DNA of 64,000 nt from Candidatus Latescibacterota bacterium (GTDB taxonomy: Bacteria > Latescibacterota > UBA2968 > GCA-2709665). Position 1 is the first letter of the stretch; every line of letters starts with the position of its first letter. Below are positions 18,735-27,561 of the stretch, in pieces. The position numbers were made by a program, and so were the translations under genes. The stretch is from positions 672,001 to 736,000 of the forward strand of contig OZ252100.1 in the NCBI GenBank assembly GCA_965248435.1, read 5' to 3'. The notes below the pieces were generated by a model. It was given only the letters and a program-made list of their open reading frames with translations. It was not told where the DNA came from and searched no databases.

Positions 18735-19208
18735 GTGGCGCAAAAAGCGACTTTTGGGGCGGGCTGTTTCTGGGGCGTAGAAGCGGCGTTCCGCCAGGTT
18801 GAGGGCGTTCTGTCTACGGCGGTCGGGTACCTCGGGGGGTCTTTCGAAAACCCGACATATCAGGACGTCTGCTCAGGGACCACCGGACACGCGGAGGTCG
18901 TGGAAGTCGAATACGACCTGTCCAAGGTCTCGTACGATAAGCTTCTCGATCTGTTCTGGGAGATCCACGACCCGACGACGCCGAATCGCCAGGGCCCGGA
19001 CATCGGCTCACAGTACCGGTCCGCGATCTTTTTTCACGATCCGGAGCAGGAAGCGGCGGCCGTTGCGTCCAAAGCGAAACAGGAGAGCGGCGGCCGTTAC
19101 AGGCACCCGATCGTCACGGAGATCACGGCCGCATCCAAGTTCTATCTGGCGGAGGATTATCACCAGCAGTACCTGGAAAAACGGGGGCTTGCTAATTGCA
19201 AGATTTAA
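18735..19208 (+). CDS. msrA: Peptide-methionine (S)-S-oxide reductase
   Basis: GAGCFWG, GHAEVV, QYRSAIF and AEDYHQQY motifs. GTG start after GGAGG. Confidence 0.96.
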   Translation: MAQKATFGAGCFWGVEAAFRQVEGVLSTAVGYLGGSFENPTYQDVCSGTTGHAEVVEVEYDLSKVSYDKLLDLFWEIHDPTTPNRQGPDIGSQYRSAIFFHDPEQEAAAVASKAKQESGGRYRHPIVTEITAASKFYLAEDYHQQYLEKRGLANCKI

Positions 19209-19238
19209 GCAAGAATATTACAGCGCAGTTTTCCGATT

Positions 19239-19341
19239 CTGGAGTATTGCAGTACTGGAGTGCTGGAGTATTGGACAACCGGGAGCCTAGCCCTGTCGCC
19301 ACAACACTCCATTACCCCAACACTCCATTACCCCAACATTC
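19239..19341. repeat. Inverted pair of 8-mer tandem repeat tracts
   Basis: ctggagta ttgcagta ctggagtg ctggagta ... caacactc cattaccc caacactc cattaccc caacattc. Confidence 0.75.
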
Positions 19342-19358
19342 ACGCTCTTTTCCTCATC

Positions 19359-20240
19359 ATGTTTGAACAGGTAAGCCATGTCGTGATGGTGATGCGAGAC
19401 CTTGCCCCCTGCCAGGCCTTCTACAGCGATGCTGTGGGTCTCACAGAAATCGGTCGGAGTGAAGGTCCGGCCGGTCCGGTCTGCCTCTTCAGGCTGGGGC
19501 CATCTGTTCTGGAACTGCATCAGGACCCTTCGGCACCCCCTCCTGTCGCCGACCCCGATAACCCCGCAGAGATTCCGGCAGCCTGGATGCCGGTCAACCA
19601 CATCGCTCTGTTCGCCGAAAGCGCAGACGGGGTCTATTCTGCGTTGAAGGAAGATGTGCCGTTCAAGGGTCCGCCACACACGACCCCGGTCGGCCATAGA
19701 AACACCCAGAGAGCGCTGATGGGATTCTTCGACCCCAACGGATTCAACGTGCAGGTTTCCGAACCGGTCGATCCTCGCAGCCACCTCGAACCCCGGCGGA
19801 ACGCAAAGCGCGAAATGGCAGGCGAATCACGCGGCAAGCTTTTCGGTGGGATAGATCACATCTCGCTCGGCTGTTCCGATTTTGGCGCTAGCCGGGCGTT
19901 CTATGGTGACACACTGGGATTAGAAGAATTCTTTTACAGCACGAGCCGCGAGGAAGGCCAGGAAGTGTCGGGTGATTTCGAGCAGGGCGCCTTTGCGGTC
20001 GGCGGCACCGATATCGAGCTCGCCACGAGGCCGAGCGACGGCGGACCGGGCACCGTCAGACAACTCGGGCTCTCGACCTCCGACATCGACAGGGCGTATG
20101 AGGTGCTGCGGGACCGAGGATTGCAACCCGACGGTCCCCCATCCGAATCCACACCGATCCCCCAGGTGCGGCGGCGTGCCTTTACCCTGCGGGATCCAGA
20201 CGATCTGTCCGTCCAAATCACTCAATCGATACAGGGCTGA
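19359..20240 (+). CDS. Two-domain VOC (glyoxalase/bleomycin resistance/dioxygenase) family protein
   Basis: Two repeats of H-x-x...FY...LGL...LEL...DPxG. Confidence 0.8.
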   Translation: MFEQVSHVVMVMRDLAPCQAFYSDAVGLTEIGRSEGPAGPVCLFRLGPSVLELHQDPSAPPPVADPDNPAEIPAAWMPVNHIALFAESADGVYSALKEDVPFKGPPHTTPVGHRNTQRALMGFFDPNGFNVQVSEPVDPRSHLEPRRNAKREMAGESRGKLFGGIDHISLGCSDFGASRAFYGDTLGLEEFFYSTSREEGQEVSGDFEQGAFAVGGTDIELATRPSDGGPGTVRQLGLSTSDIDRAYEVLRDRGLQPDGPPSESTPIPQVRRRAFTLRDPDDLSVQITQSIQG

Positions 20241-20248
20241 GGTGAAAA

Positions 20249-20626
20249 TTGACGGTCGCCGTATCGATCTTCGGTCTCCTGGTTGTCGCGTTCGGCGCGT
20301 GGGGTGTCGTACATCCCCAATCGATCATGCGCTTCGGGGCCTCCTTCTGGCACTCTGACCGGGGCGCCGGTTTCGGAGTTGGAGGCCGGGTGGTTTTTGG
20401 TCTCCTGCTCATCCTGGCCGCGCCTGAAACCCGGTTTCCCGATGGCGTGCTTGTCCTCGGGCTTGTGACGCTGCTCGCCGCACTGGCCATCCTGGTTATC
20501 GGCTTCGATCAGCTGCGCACCTTCGTGGACCGGTGGCCCCCTACCAGGAGCGGGCTCATGCGACTCTGGGCGCTCGTGGCGATCGCCCTCGGCGTCTTCC
20601 TGGTTCACGCCGCGAAATTAATCTGA
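20249..20626 (+). CDS. Small integral membrane protein
   Basis: Four hydrophobic segments; GAGG before a TTG start. Confidence 0.6.
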   Translation: MTVAVSIFGLLVVAFGAWGVVHPQSIMRFGASFWHSDRGAGFGVGGRVVFGLLLILAAPETRFPDGVLVLGLVTLLAALAILVIGFDQLRTFVDRWPPTRSGLMRLWALVAIALGVFLVHAAKLI

Positions 20627-20666
20627 TCACAGGACTACTCACAGATGATGTCAAAGGGAGGTCTTT

Positions 20667-21035
20667 ATGGAGTTCATCGATTCGAGGCAGGATTTTCCGA
20701 TCAGCAAGGCCGTCATTCACAATGGGAAAGTGCTGGAGACGGTGTTGACCGCCATCCCGAAGGGGCAAACCAAACCGGTAGAAGGCGGGGCGGGTGCCGA
20801 GATGCGCGAGATCTTCAGCCAGCTGGATGTGATCCTGGCCGAGGCCGGTCTGGACAAGACGAACCTGTGCACGGCGCGTCTCTACCTCGAAAACGTCCTT
20901 AGTGATGTGGCTGAAGTCAACAAAGCCTGGACTGAGTATCTGGGCGACCACGCTGTCTGCCGGCGCTGTTACGGTGTTGACCTCCAGTCGGGTATGCTGG
21001 TGGAAGCGGCATTCGTAGCGGAATTTCCGGAATGA
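20667..21035 (+). CDS. RidA/YjgF/UK114 family protein
   Basis: Size and pattern (L...GLDKTNL...YL..VNKAW..Y...R...LVE) fit the Rid family; strong SD GGGAGG. Confidence 0.8.
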   Translation: MEFIDSRQDFPISKAVIHNGKVLETVLTAIPKGQTKPVEGGAGAEMREIFSQLDVILAEAGLDKTNLCTARLYLENVLSDVAEVNKAWTEYLGDHAVCRRCYGVDLQSGMLVEAAFVAEFPE

Positions 21036-21883
21036 CAGCGCCCTCTCCTGCTACAAGTATGAATAAGACGTGCATCAAGCGCGGTGAGCCGTTCAGCGAG
21101 GCGCGCACGGACGGAATCATCCTGGAGTTCAAGCGGGAGGGGTTTGTGCTCATCCCCGGCGTTCTGGACAAGGAGGAGACGAGCGCGCTCAGGGCGAAGA
21201 CCGATGAACTGTTCGAGACTCCGGAGCTGACCGAGTCCGGACATAAGGGCAAAAGGTCGTTCATCGTCTGGCATCTGAATGAGCTGGACCGTATCTGGTG
21301 CGACATGCTGATTCGGGACCCGATCTATTCGCTGATGGAAGCGCTCCTGGGCTCCGGTTTCCAGCAGTGCGGAAACCAGGTACTGCGCAACAGAGGAGAG
21401 GATAGAATCGATCACTGGCACGTCGACAACAGGCTTTGGGTGCCCCTGCCGGAAGACATCCCACGCTTCGACGCCCGCATCGAGATGCCCATATTCTGGC
21501 TCACAGTACAGATCGCCCTTTCGGACATCGACACGATGGACCACGGCCCGACGCAGTATGTTCCCGAGAGTCACTACTCCGGGAGAAATCCACCCAAGGA
21601 CGATCCGGCACCGGAGTTCGAGGGCCGAGGGCCGGTCTCCATCCTTTGCAGGGCAGGCGACATCTATCTTCACAACCCGCAGTGCTGGCATCGGGGCACA
21701 CCGAACAGCTCCGGCGAGTACCGCTATCTGCTCCAGCAGCAGTATGGCCAGCCCTGGGCGTTCCGCCGCTATAACGCCTACATCAAATACGAAATGCCGG
21801 AGCGTCTTATGGAAGACGCGGATGAAAGGCTCTTCAACGTGCTGGGCAGCTTTCGCTTCAACCCCGAGGATTACTATCGGTGA
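21032..21883 (+). CDS. Phytanoyl-CoA dioxygenase (PhyH) family Fe(II)/2OG oxygenase
   Basis: EGF..IPG, WHVD, GPTQYVPESH, AGD, and WHRG.PN...R. Confidence 0.88.
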   Translation: MTAPSPATSMNKTCIKRGEPFSEARTDGIILEFKREGFVLIPGVLDKEETSALRAKTDELFETPELTESGHKGKRSFIVWHLNELDRIWCDMLIRDPIYSLMEALLGSGFQQCGNQVLRNRGEDRIDHWHVDNRLWVPLPEDIPRFDARIEMPIFWLTVQIALSDIDTMDHGPTQYVPESHYSGRNPPKDDPAPEFEGRGPVSILCRAGDIYLHNPQCWHRGTPNSSGEYRYLLQQQYGQPWAFRRYNAYIKYEMPERLMEDADERLFNVLGSFRFNPEDYYR

Positions 21884-21903
21884 TGCAGAAATCGGTGGTC
21901 AGA

Positions 21904-21938
21904 TGACCACGGACAGCGGACCGCAGACGGCAGACGGC
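21904..21938. repeat. Single arm of the GACC(A/G)C/GACGGC 7-mer repeat family
   Basis: tgaccac ggacagc ggaccgc agacggc agacggc. Confidence 0.65.
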
Positions 21939-21961
21939 GATACGATTTACGGAGTACCTTC

Positions 21962-22753
21962 ATGACCAAACGAGCGCTGCATACCCTGACCGAGGATCAG
22001 GTGAACGAATTCGGGCTGAACGGCTTCCTGGTGGTCGAGGATGTCCTGTCGGCTGATGAGGTCGAAACCGTCGCCGACAGGTGTGATTTCATCGCTTCCG
22101 GCAGCGCTGAACACATTCCGGAGACCGGCGTCCAGCTGGAGCCGGAATTTCGCGAGGGAAGACGGCCCGTCACGGACCAGGTGATGCAGGTCCGGAAGCT
22201 CTACAACACAGCTGCGGTCGACGAGGTGATGTGGAACCACGCCTGCAACACCAAGATCGTTGACATCATCGCCGACCTGCTGGGTACCGAGGACATCAAG
22301 ATGTACGGCGACCAGCTGTTCATGAAGCCCCCCGAGGTCGGGTCGGTCCAGCGATGGCACATGGACTCCGGTTCGTGGCGCAACATCTTCCCGATGGACC
22401 TGGTCACTGCGTGGACCGCCCTCGACGACGCCACGTCGGAAAACGGATGTATGGAGTTTATCCCGGGCTCTCACCACTGGGGCATGATGACGAAGGACCA
22501 GCTGGAACCTTTTGTGGACGACTTCGGAAAAGACCCCTGGCCGATCGTGCCCATGCCTCTGCGCTCGGGCAGCATCAGTTTCCACCACAGCCTCGTGCTG
22601 CACGGGAGCGGCGCGAACCAGTCCGGCAAGCGCCGTCGAGGCTACGCCGTGCACTACATGCGTGCGAACTCCCTTAACGATGAATCGGTGAACGGCCCGA
22701 AGATGCCGCCGTTCAAGCAGGTGCGGGGCCGCTCTTTTCCAGGACGCGTTTGA
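21962..22753 (+). CDS. Phytanoyl-CoA dioxygenase (PhyH) family protein
   Basis: FMKPP, WHMD, ENGCMEFIPGSH, HGSGANQS..RR. Confidence 0.92.
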   Translation: MTKRALHTLTEDQVNEFGLNGFLVVEDVLSADEVETVADRCDFIASGSAEHIPETGVQLEPEFREGRRPVTDQVMQVRKLYNTAAVDEVMWNHACNTKIVDIIADLLGTEDIKMYGDQLFMKPPEVGSVQRWHMDSGSWRNIFPMDLVTAWTALDDATSENGCMEFIPGSHHWGMMTKDQLEPFVDDFGKDPWPIVPMPLRSGSISFHHSLVLHGSGANQSGKRRRGYAVHYMRANSLNDESVNGPKMPPFKQVRGRSFPGRV

Positions 22754-22754
22754 G

Positions 22755-24002
22755 ATGACACAGACGAATCCACAAACAGAAGCAAGACGCACCGATCCCG
22801 ATTTCGTGATTTATGTGCCTCGCGGCAACGATGATTCTGTTGAATCGAGGAACGTTCACGTCATCGTGACGCCAACGCCTGGCGGGATCTTTCTCGCCAC
22901 CTGGACCCAGGCAGACGTCCTGCACGGACCTAACCAGCGCATCGTCGTGTCTCGCAGTCACGATCGGGGACAGACCTGGACCGAACCTGAAGTGATCGAC
23001 GAACCGGAGCCCGGAACCGAGCACATCGCTTCGTGGTCCAACCTGGTCGTCGCCCCGGAGACGGGTCGGGTCTATTGCCTCTACCACAAGAACAAAGGCG
23101 TCGATTTCGACCGGGGGCATACCGGTGTGCTGGCCTGGCGGGTCTCGGATGACGAAGGGACCACGTGGAGCGACCGGTTTCAGACCACGATCGGCCGTGG
23201 GGCGATCGATCACCCGGATGAGGGAGTTCCGAGCAACTGGGTAACGGCGGGCTGGCAGGCGCCCATCGTCACGGAAACGGGTCAGGTCCTCTGCCCCATC
23301 ACGCGGTGGGCCAGTCCGAGCTATCACCAGCGGGAGCCCAAGTCTTTCGCGCTGCAGCATCACGAGGCCTGGTTCCTGCGATTCGAGAACATCCTGACCG
23401 AACCCGATCCGTCTAAGCTGGAGGTGACCACCCTTCCCCGGGCAGATCACGGAATCCGCGTCCCCAACCCGGAGGAACCGGGATACAGCGCGTCCATGGA
23501 ACCAGCGATACAGAATCTGTCCGACGGTCGGATCTTCTGCCTTCTGCGGACCATGACCGGGTCGATCTTCTACTCTGTTTCTGGAGATTTCGGAGAAACC
23601 TGGTCCGAGCCGGACGTGCTGCGCTACGCGGCGGGTGGGGCCGAAGTACACCACCCCAATTCGCCTTGCCCGTTGTTTAGACTCGAGGATGGCCGTTATC
23701 TGCTGTTTTATCACAACAACGACGGGACAGCGAACGGGGGGACCGGACCGGGGGATGTCAGGTCCCGTGGTCCCGTGTTTGTCAGCGTGGGACACGAAAT
23801 CGACAACCCCGATGGCCAACCCGTTGCCTTCGCCGACCCGAAACTGTTCTACGACAACGGCGGCAAGTCCGGGCTGGCCCTCTACGGCAGCTTTTTCGAA
23901 CATGACGGAGTTCGCTACTGGTGGTACCCTGACGCTATGCGCTTCCTGCTCGGCAAAGTCGTGAGGGATGAACTCCTGAATGACGCCGGGTTACCGTCTT
24001 AA
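22755..24002 (+). CDS. Sialidase-like BNR/Asp-box beta-propeller protein
   Basis: Asp boxes SHDRGQTW, SDDEGTTW and SGDFGETW. Confidence 0.8.
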   Translation: MTQTNPQTEARRTDPDFVIYVPRGNDDSVESRNVHVIVTPTPGGIFLATWTQADVLHGPNQRIVVSRSHDRGQTWTEPEVIDEPEPGTEHIASWSNLVVAPETGRVYCLYHKNKGVDFDRGHTGVLAWRVSDDEGTTWSDRFQTTIGRGAIDHPDEGVPSNWVTAGWQAPIVTETGQVLCPITRWASPSYHQREPKSFALQHHEAWFLRFENILTEPDPSKLEVTTLPRADHGIRVPNPEEPGYSASMEPAIQNLSDGRIFCLLRTMTGSIFYSVSGDFGETWSEPDVLRYAAGGAEVHHPNSPCPLFRLEDGRYLLFYHNNDGTANGGTGPGDVRSRGPVFVSVGHEIDNPDGQPVAFADPKLFYDNGGKSGLALYGSFFEHDGVRYWWYPDAMRFLLGKVVRDELLNDAGLPS

Positions 24003-24044
24003 TGCGCTACAAAGCAAATCAGGTTTCTTTAAAGAGAGGTTCCA

Positions 24045-24458
24045 ATGCCAATTCCTGAGTCCGTGAAGCGGGCACTCGCAGCGAAGGGGAACAGGAAGAC
24101 CGATTTTGACCGGGTCAGAGCGGCCCTTAATCACGAGGAACCGGACTGCGTCCCTGTATGGGAGACGACGATCGAACCCGAAATCAAGCAGCAGTTCATG
24201 GGGCGCCCGCTCAAAGGACACGCCGAGGAGATGGAATTCTTTAAATTGGCGGGCTATGACGCCTACCCTGTCTCCCCGACCGTCATCAGCGTTCACGCGA
24301 AACGCAGGCAAGTCGGAAAGGATAGGGGCGGCGTCAAGGCGACAAGCTATACCACGAGTGCCTACAACCTCTCCGAAGAGATGGGGGCTGACGGATACGG
24401 CAAGGACGCGATCGCCTGTGTTGAAAGGGCCAAAGAACTCCTCGGCATCCCCGTTTAG
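24045..24458 (+). pseudogene. Chimeric remnant: UroD/MtaA-family N-terminus fused to a corrinoid-protein C-terminus
   Basis: N-terminal DRVRAALNHEEPDCVP and C-terminal EEMGADGYGKDAIACVERAKELL; only 137 aa. Confidence 0.65.
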
Positions 24459-24470
24459 GGAATCGGATCC

Positions 24471-25298
24471 ATGGCACAATCGACCAAATTGCAAGGAAAA
24501 CGCGTGCTGGTCACCGGAGCCGGAACCGGCATCGGCAGGGGGATCGCCCTGGAATTCGCGAAGCAGGGGGCGGCCGTGGCCCTGCATTACTACAATGAAG
24601 CCGGCGCGCAGATCGCGGTGGATGAGATCAACGCAGCGGGCGGCAAGGCCGAGGCCTTCCAGGCCGATCTGCGGGAAATCGAACAGGGTCGAACGCTGGC
24701 CGACCAGGCACTGGATTTCCTCGGGGGAATCGATGTGCTGGTGAACAACGCCGGCATCACGTTGAACAAGCCTTTTCTGGAAGTCACTCCGGAGCAGTTC
24801 GATACCTTATATAATGTAAACATCCGGGCCATGTATTTTCTGACCCAGGCTGTCGTGCCCGGCATGATCGAGCGGGAAGACGGCGTGGTGGTCAATTTGG
24901 CCTCTATCCACGCCTATGCCGGAATGACGGAACACACGGTCTATGCCGGGACGAAGGCTGCAATCGTGGCCTTCACCCGGGTCCTGGCCCTGGAGCTGGC
25001 ACAGAAAGGGGTTCGTGTGAATGCGATCGCACCGGGCTGGATGCTGGTGGAAAACCACATTGAGGCCATGGGTGATTTCGACTTTGATGAGTTCGGAACC
25101 CGCATCCCCGCGGGACGGATCGGCACGCCCCAGGACATCGGCTCTCTGGCCGTCTTCCTTGCCTCGGACGAAGCCCGATATTTCGTTGGCCAGACCCTCG
25201 TCATGGACGGCGGCATGACTGCGATCATGCCGCTGACGGGCGATTTTAGAGAGCGTCGCACGGAACAGTTTGGAAAGGGATATGTCCCGGGGCTCTAG
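24471..25298 (+). CDS. SDR family oxidoreductase
   Basis: TGAGTGIG, NNAG and YAGTK motifs. Confidence 0.95.
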   Translation: MAQSTKLQGKRVLVTGAGTGIGRGIALEFAKQGAAVALHYYNEAGAQIAVDEINAAGGKAEAFQADLREIEQGRTLADQALDFLGGIDVLVNNAGITLNKPFLEVTPEQFDTLYNVNIRAMYFLTQAVVPGMIEREDGVVVNLASIHAYAGMTEHTVYAGTKAAIVAFTRVLALELAQKGVRVNAIAPGWMLVENHIEAMGDFDFDEFGTRIPAGRIGTPQDIGSLAVFLASDEARYFVGQTLVMDGGMTAIMPLTGDFRERRTEQFGKGYVPGL

Positions 25299-25317
25299 CC
25301 AGCTGGAAGGATCAGGG

Positions 25318-27525
25318 ATGACCGTAAGAGGTAGGGTCATACAGGGCGAAACAGGCGAGGGAATGTCTGGAATCGCCGTTTCAAACGGCTGGACCATCAC
25401 GCTCACACGGGATGACGGAGCCTTCGAACTCGATGTGGATCTTACTCGCTACCCCTTCGTATTCCTGAATACGCCCTCGGGATTTCGACCTGCAGACTCT
25501 TTCTATCGCAGAATCGATGCGCTTGAGGATGCTCAGGATATCGTCCAGTTCGATTTGATTCCGGACCCCTCCCGGAGTAAGGCCAAACTGCGACTGGCGG
25601 CTGTGAGCGACGCCCACATTGTGCTAGATGACAAGCAGCAGGGCGTTTCCATTGTCTCCACCGAAGAGGTTTTGCAGGATCTTTCCCAGGTTATTCGTGA
25701 GTGTCAGCCCGATTTCATCGTGAACACCGGTGACCTCACGAGTCAAGGCACCGAAGAGGCATTTGCAGCTTACAACGCGGCGGTCGATAAGGTGGGTGTG
25801 CCAGTGATGTCGCTCGTGGGCAATCACGATATGAATGAGAGCCCGCATCCCGATTCAGCCCACCTGAAGAGTCTCGGTCCAGATCAGTACAGTTTCGACT
25901 GGGGACCATTCCATTTTGTTGTATACCCGTGGCCCGAGCCTGAAAACGGGACCAGAGAAAAACGTTTCGACGAGTGGTTCAGGGCCGATCTCGCGCGACA
26001 GACTGAGACAAAGAAGGTCGTAGTCGTTGCCCACGGTCCACCCGGACCAACCACAGAAAATGAAACCACGTCCTACTCCTCGTATGTGCCACGTGAAGTA
26101 TGGGACGACCCTCGCGTCATACTTGTGTTGCACGGTCATTATCACACGACACGAGTCCTGAACATCGGTTCCACCTGGGTCGTTTCGATTCCCTGTCTGA
26201 CACGAGGCACGATTGACACGAATCCTCGGGGCTATGCGCTCATCGACCTGGCCGAGGATGACGTTAAGGTAACCATTCGAGCGTTGCGACAAACGGTCCA
26301 TGTGGACGGAGAGCCACCTCCGGCACTGTTCACTAAGTCAAGAGATCTGCCCCTTCAAAGAAAATGGACGCAGGTTTTGCCCTGCAGTCTGCACCGCTCC
26401 GAAGTCATCGAATGGAACGCTCAGATTCTGCTGACGACCGGCGATGTGGGAGATGCCGACGGCTACGGCATCTGGTGCCTTGAAGGCGACACAGGTAAGG
26501 TGGATTGGCACATTCGCACGGATTCTGTCGTAAAAACAGGGCCTGCAGTGTCCAGCGACGATCGAAGATCGATAGGCGTAGCGGCGAGTGTCGCCGGCCG
26601 AGTATATGGCTTTGACCCGAGCAGCGGTAACATTTTGTGGGAGAGCGAATTGCCCGGCTATCCAAATCGTTGGCTGCACTCCCAGCCGGTCATCAGCAAC
26701 GGCAGAGCGATTGTCGCGAACCGCTGCTCCAGGACGGCGCTGGATCTATACAGCGGAAGCGTCCAGTGGCATCACGACGAGCCGGGCGTTGAAGACGACG
26801 CACAGTCGGCCTGCCATCAAAGCCCTGTTGCTTTGAACGGTAAACTACATTTCGTCAAAAATGACGGGAAGCGGGGGATGAAGCTGGTTACGATCTCTCT
26901 CGAAAACGGAGAAGTGGAATGGGAGGCCCCTCTGGACGCTGTGGATGAGGTCCTTAGAGAGCGCTATCCTAGGCGCCACATGCGCCAGTGCGCTTCTGTC
27001 CTGCGGACGGGAGACGAAATCGTATCGCCAGGATTTTGGGATCAGGTGGCCATGTTCTCCTGCGAGACGGGAGAGGCCCTGTGGCAGAATCCTCTGCTCG
27101 ATTCTGGAGAACGCGCAAACCTCTCAGTGGCCGAAATGGGTGCTGCGTTTGCCTGGGGATTTGCTATCTCCGGGCGACACATCCTGGCAACAACCGCCGA
27201 CGGTTACGCCTACGCGATCGATCGGTCTACGGGTCAACGCATCTGGAGAACACGGACCTGCGCGGATCCATTGATGGACATGGTGCCCCATTACCGGGGC
27301 ACGGCGCACGTGCAAACCCACCCCGTCCAGTTTGACAACCTCATACTCACAGGGGGATCGGACGGCTACCTTGTTGTCCTTGACCCGGAGTCTGGGGATG
27401 TCGTGGAACGCTTCTTCTTCGACTCCCCGATTACCGTTCCCCCCCTCGTGACCGATCGGGGAATAGGCGTGTTCGCCTTCGATGGCCGGGTAACGTGGTA
27501 CGAACCTTTCCGGGATACTGCCTGA
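25318..27525 (+). CDS. Calcineurin-like metallophosphoesterase fused to a PQQ-like beta-propeller
   Basis: SDAH, TGDL, GNHD, HGHYH, followed by repeats of the form DxxTGxxxW. Confidence 0.8.
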   Translation: MTVRGRVIQGETGEGMSGIAVSNGWTITLTRDDGAFELDVDLTRYPFVFLNTPSGFRPADSFYRRIDALEDAQDIVQFDLIPDPSRSKAKLRLAAVSDAHIVLDDKQQGVSIVSTEEVLQDLSQVIRECQPDFIVNTGDLTSQGTEEAFAAYNAAVDKVGVPVMSLVGNHDMNESPHPDSAHLKSLGPDQYSFDWGPFHFVVYPWPEPENGTREKRFDEWFRADLARQTETKKVVVVAHGPPGPTTENETTSYSSYVPREVWDDPRVILVLHGHYHTTRVLNIGSTWVVSIPCLTRGTIDTNPRGYALIDLAEDDVKVTIRALRQTVHVDGEPPPALFTKSRDLPLQRKWTQVLPCSLHRSEVIEWNAQILLTTGDVGDADGYGIWCLEGDTGKVDWHIRTDSVVKTGPAVSSDDRRSIGVAASVAGRVYGFDPSSGNILWESELPGYPNRWLHSQPVISNGRAIVANRCSRTALDLYSGSVQWHHDEPGVEDDAQSACHQSPVALNGKLHFVKNDGKRGMKLVTISLENGEVEWEAPLDAVDEVLRERYPRRHMRQCASVLRTGDEIVSPGFWDQVAMFSCETGEALWQNPLLDSGERANLSVAEMGAAFAWGFAISGRHILATTADGYAYAIDRSTGQRIWRTRTCADPLMDMVPHYRGTAHVQTHPVQFDNLILTGGSDGYLVVLDPESGDVVERFFFDSPITVPPLVTDRGIGVFAFDGRVTWYEPFRDTA

Positions 27526-27561
27526 TCTGAGTGATTTTCCTGGAATGAAGGATCAAAACCC

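Noticed and set aside
19239-19341. Possible CRISPR array
   Set aside because: Units are 8 nt and contiguous, with no unique spacers and no cas genes
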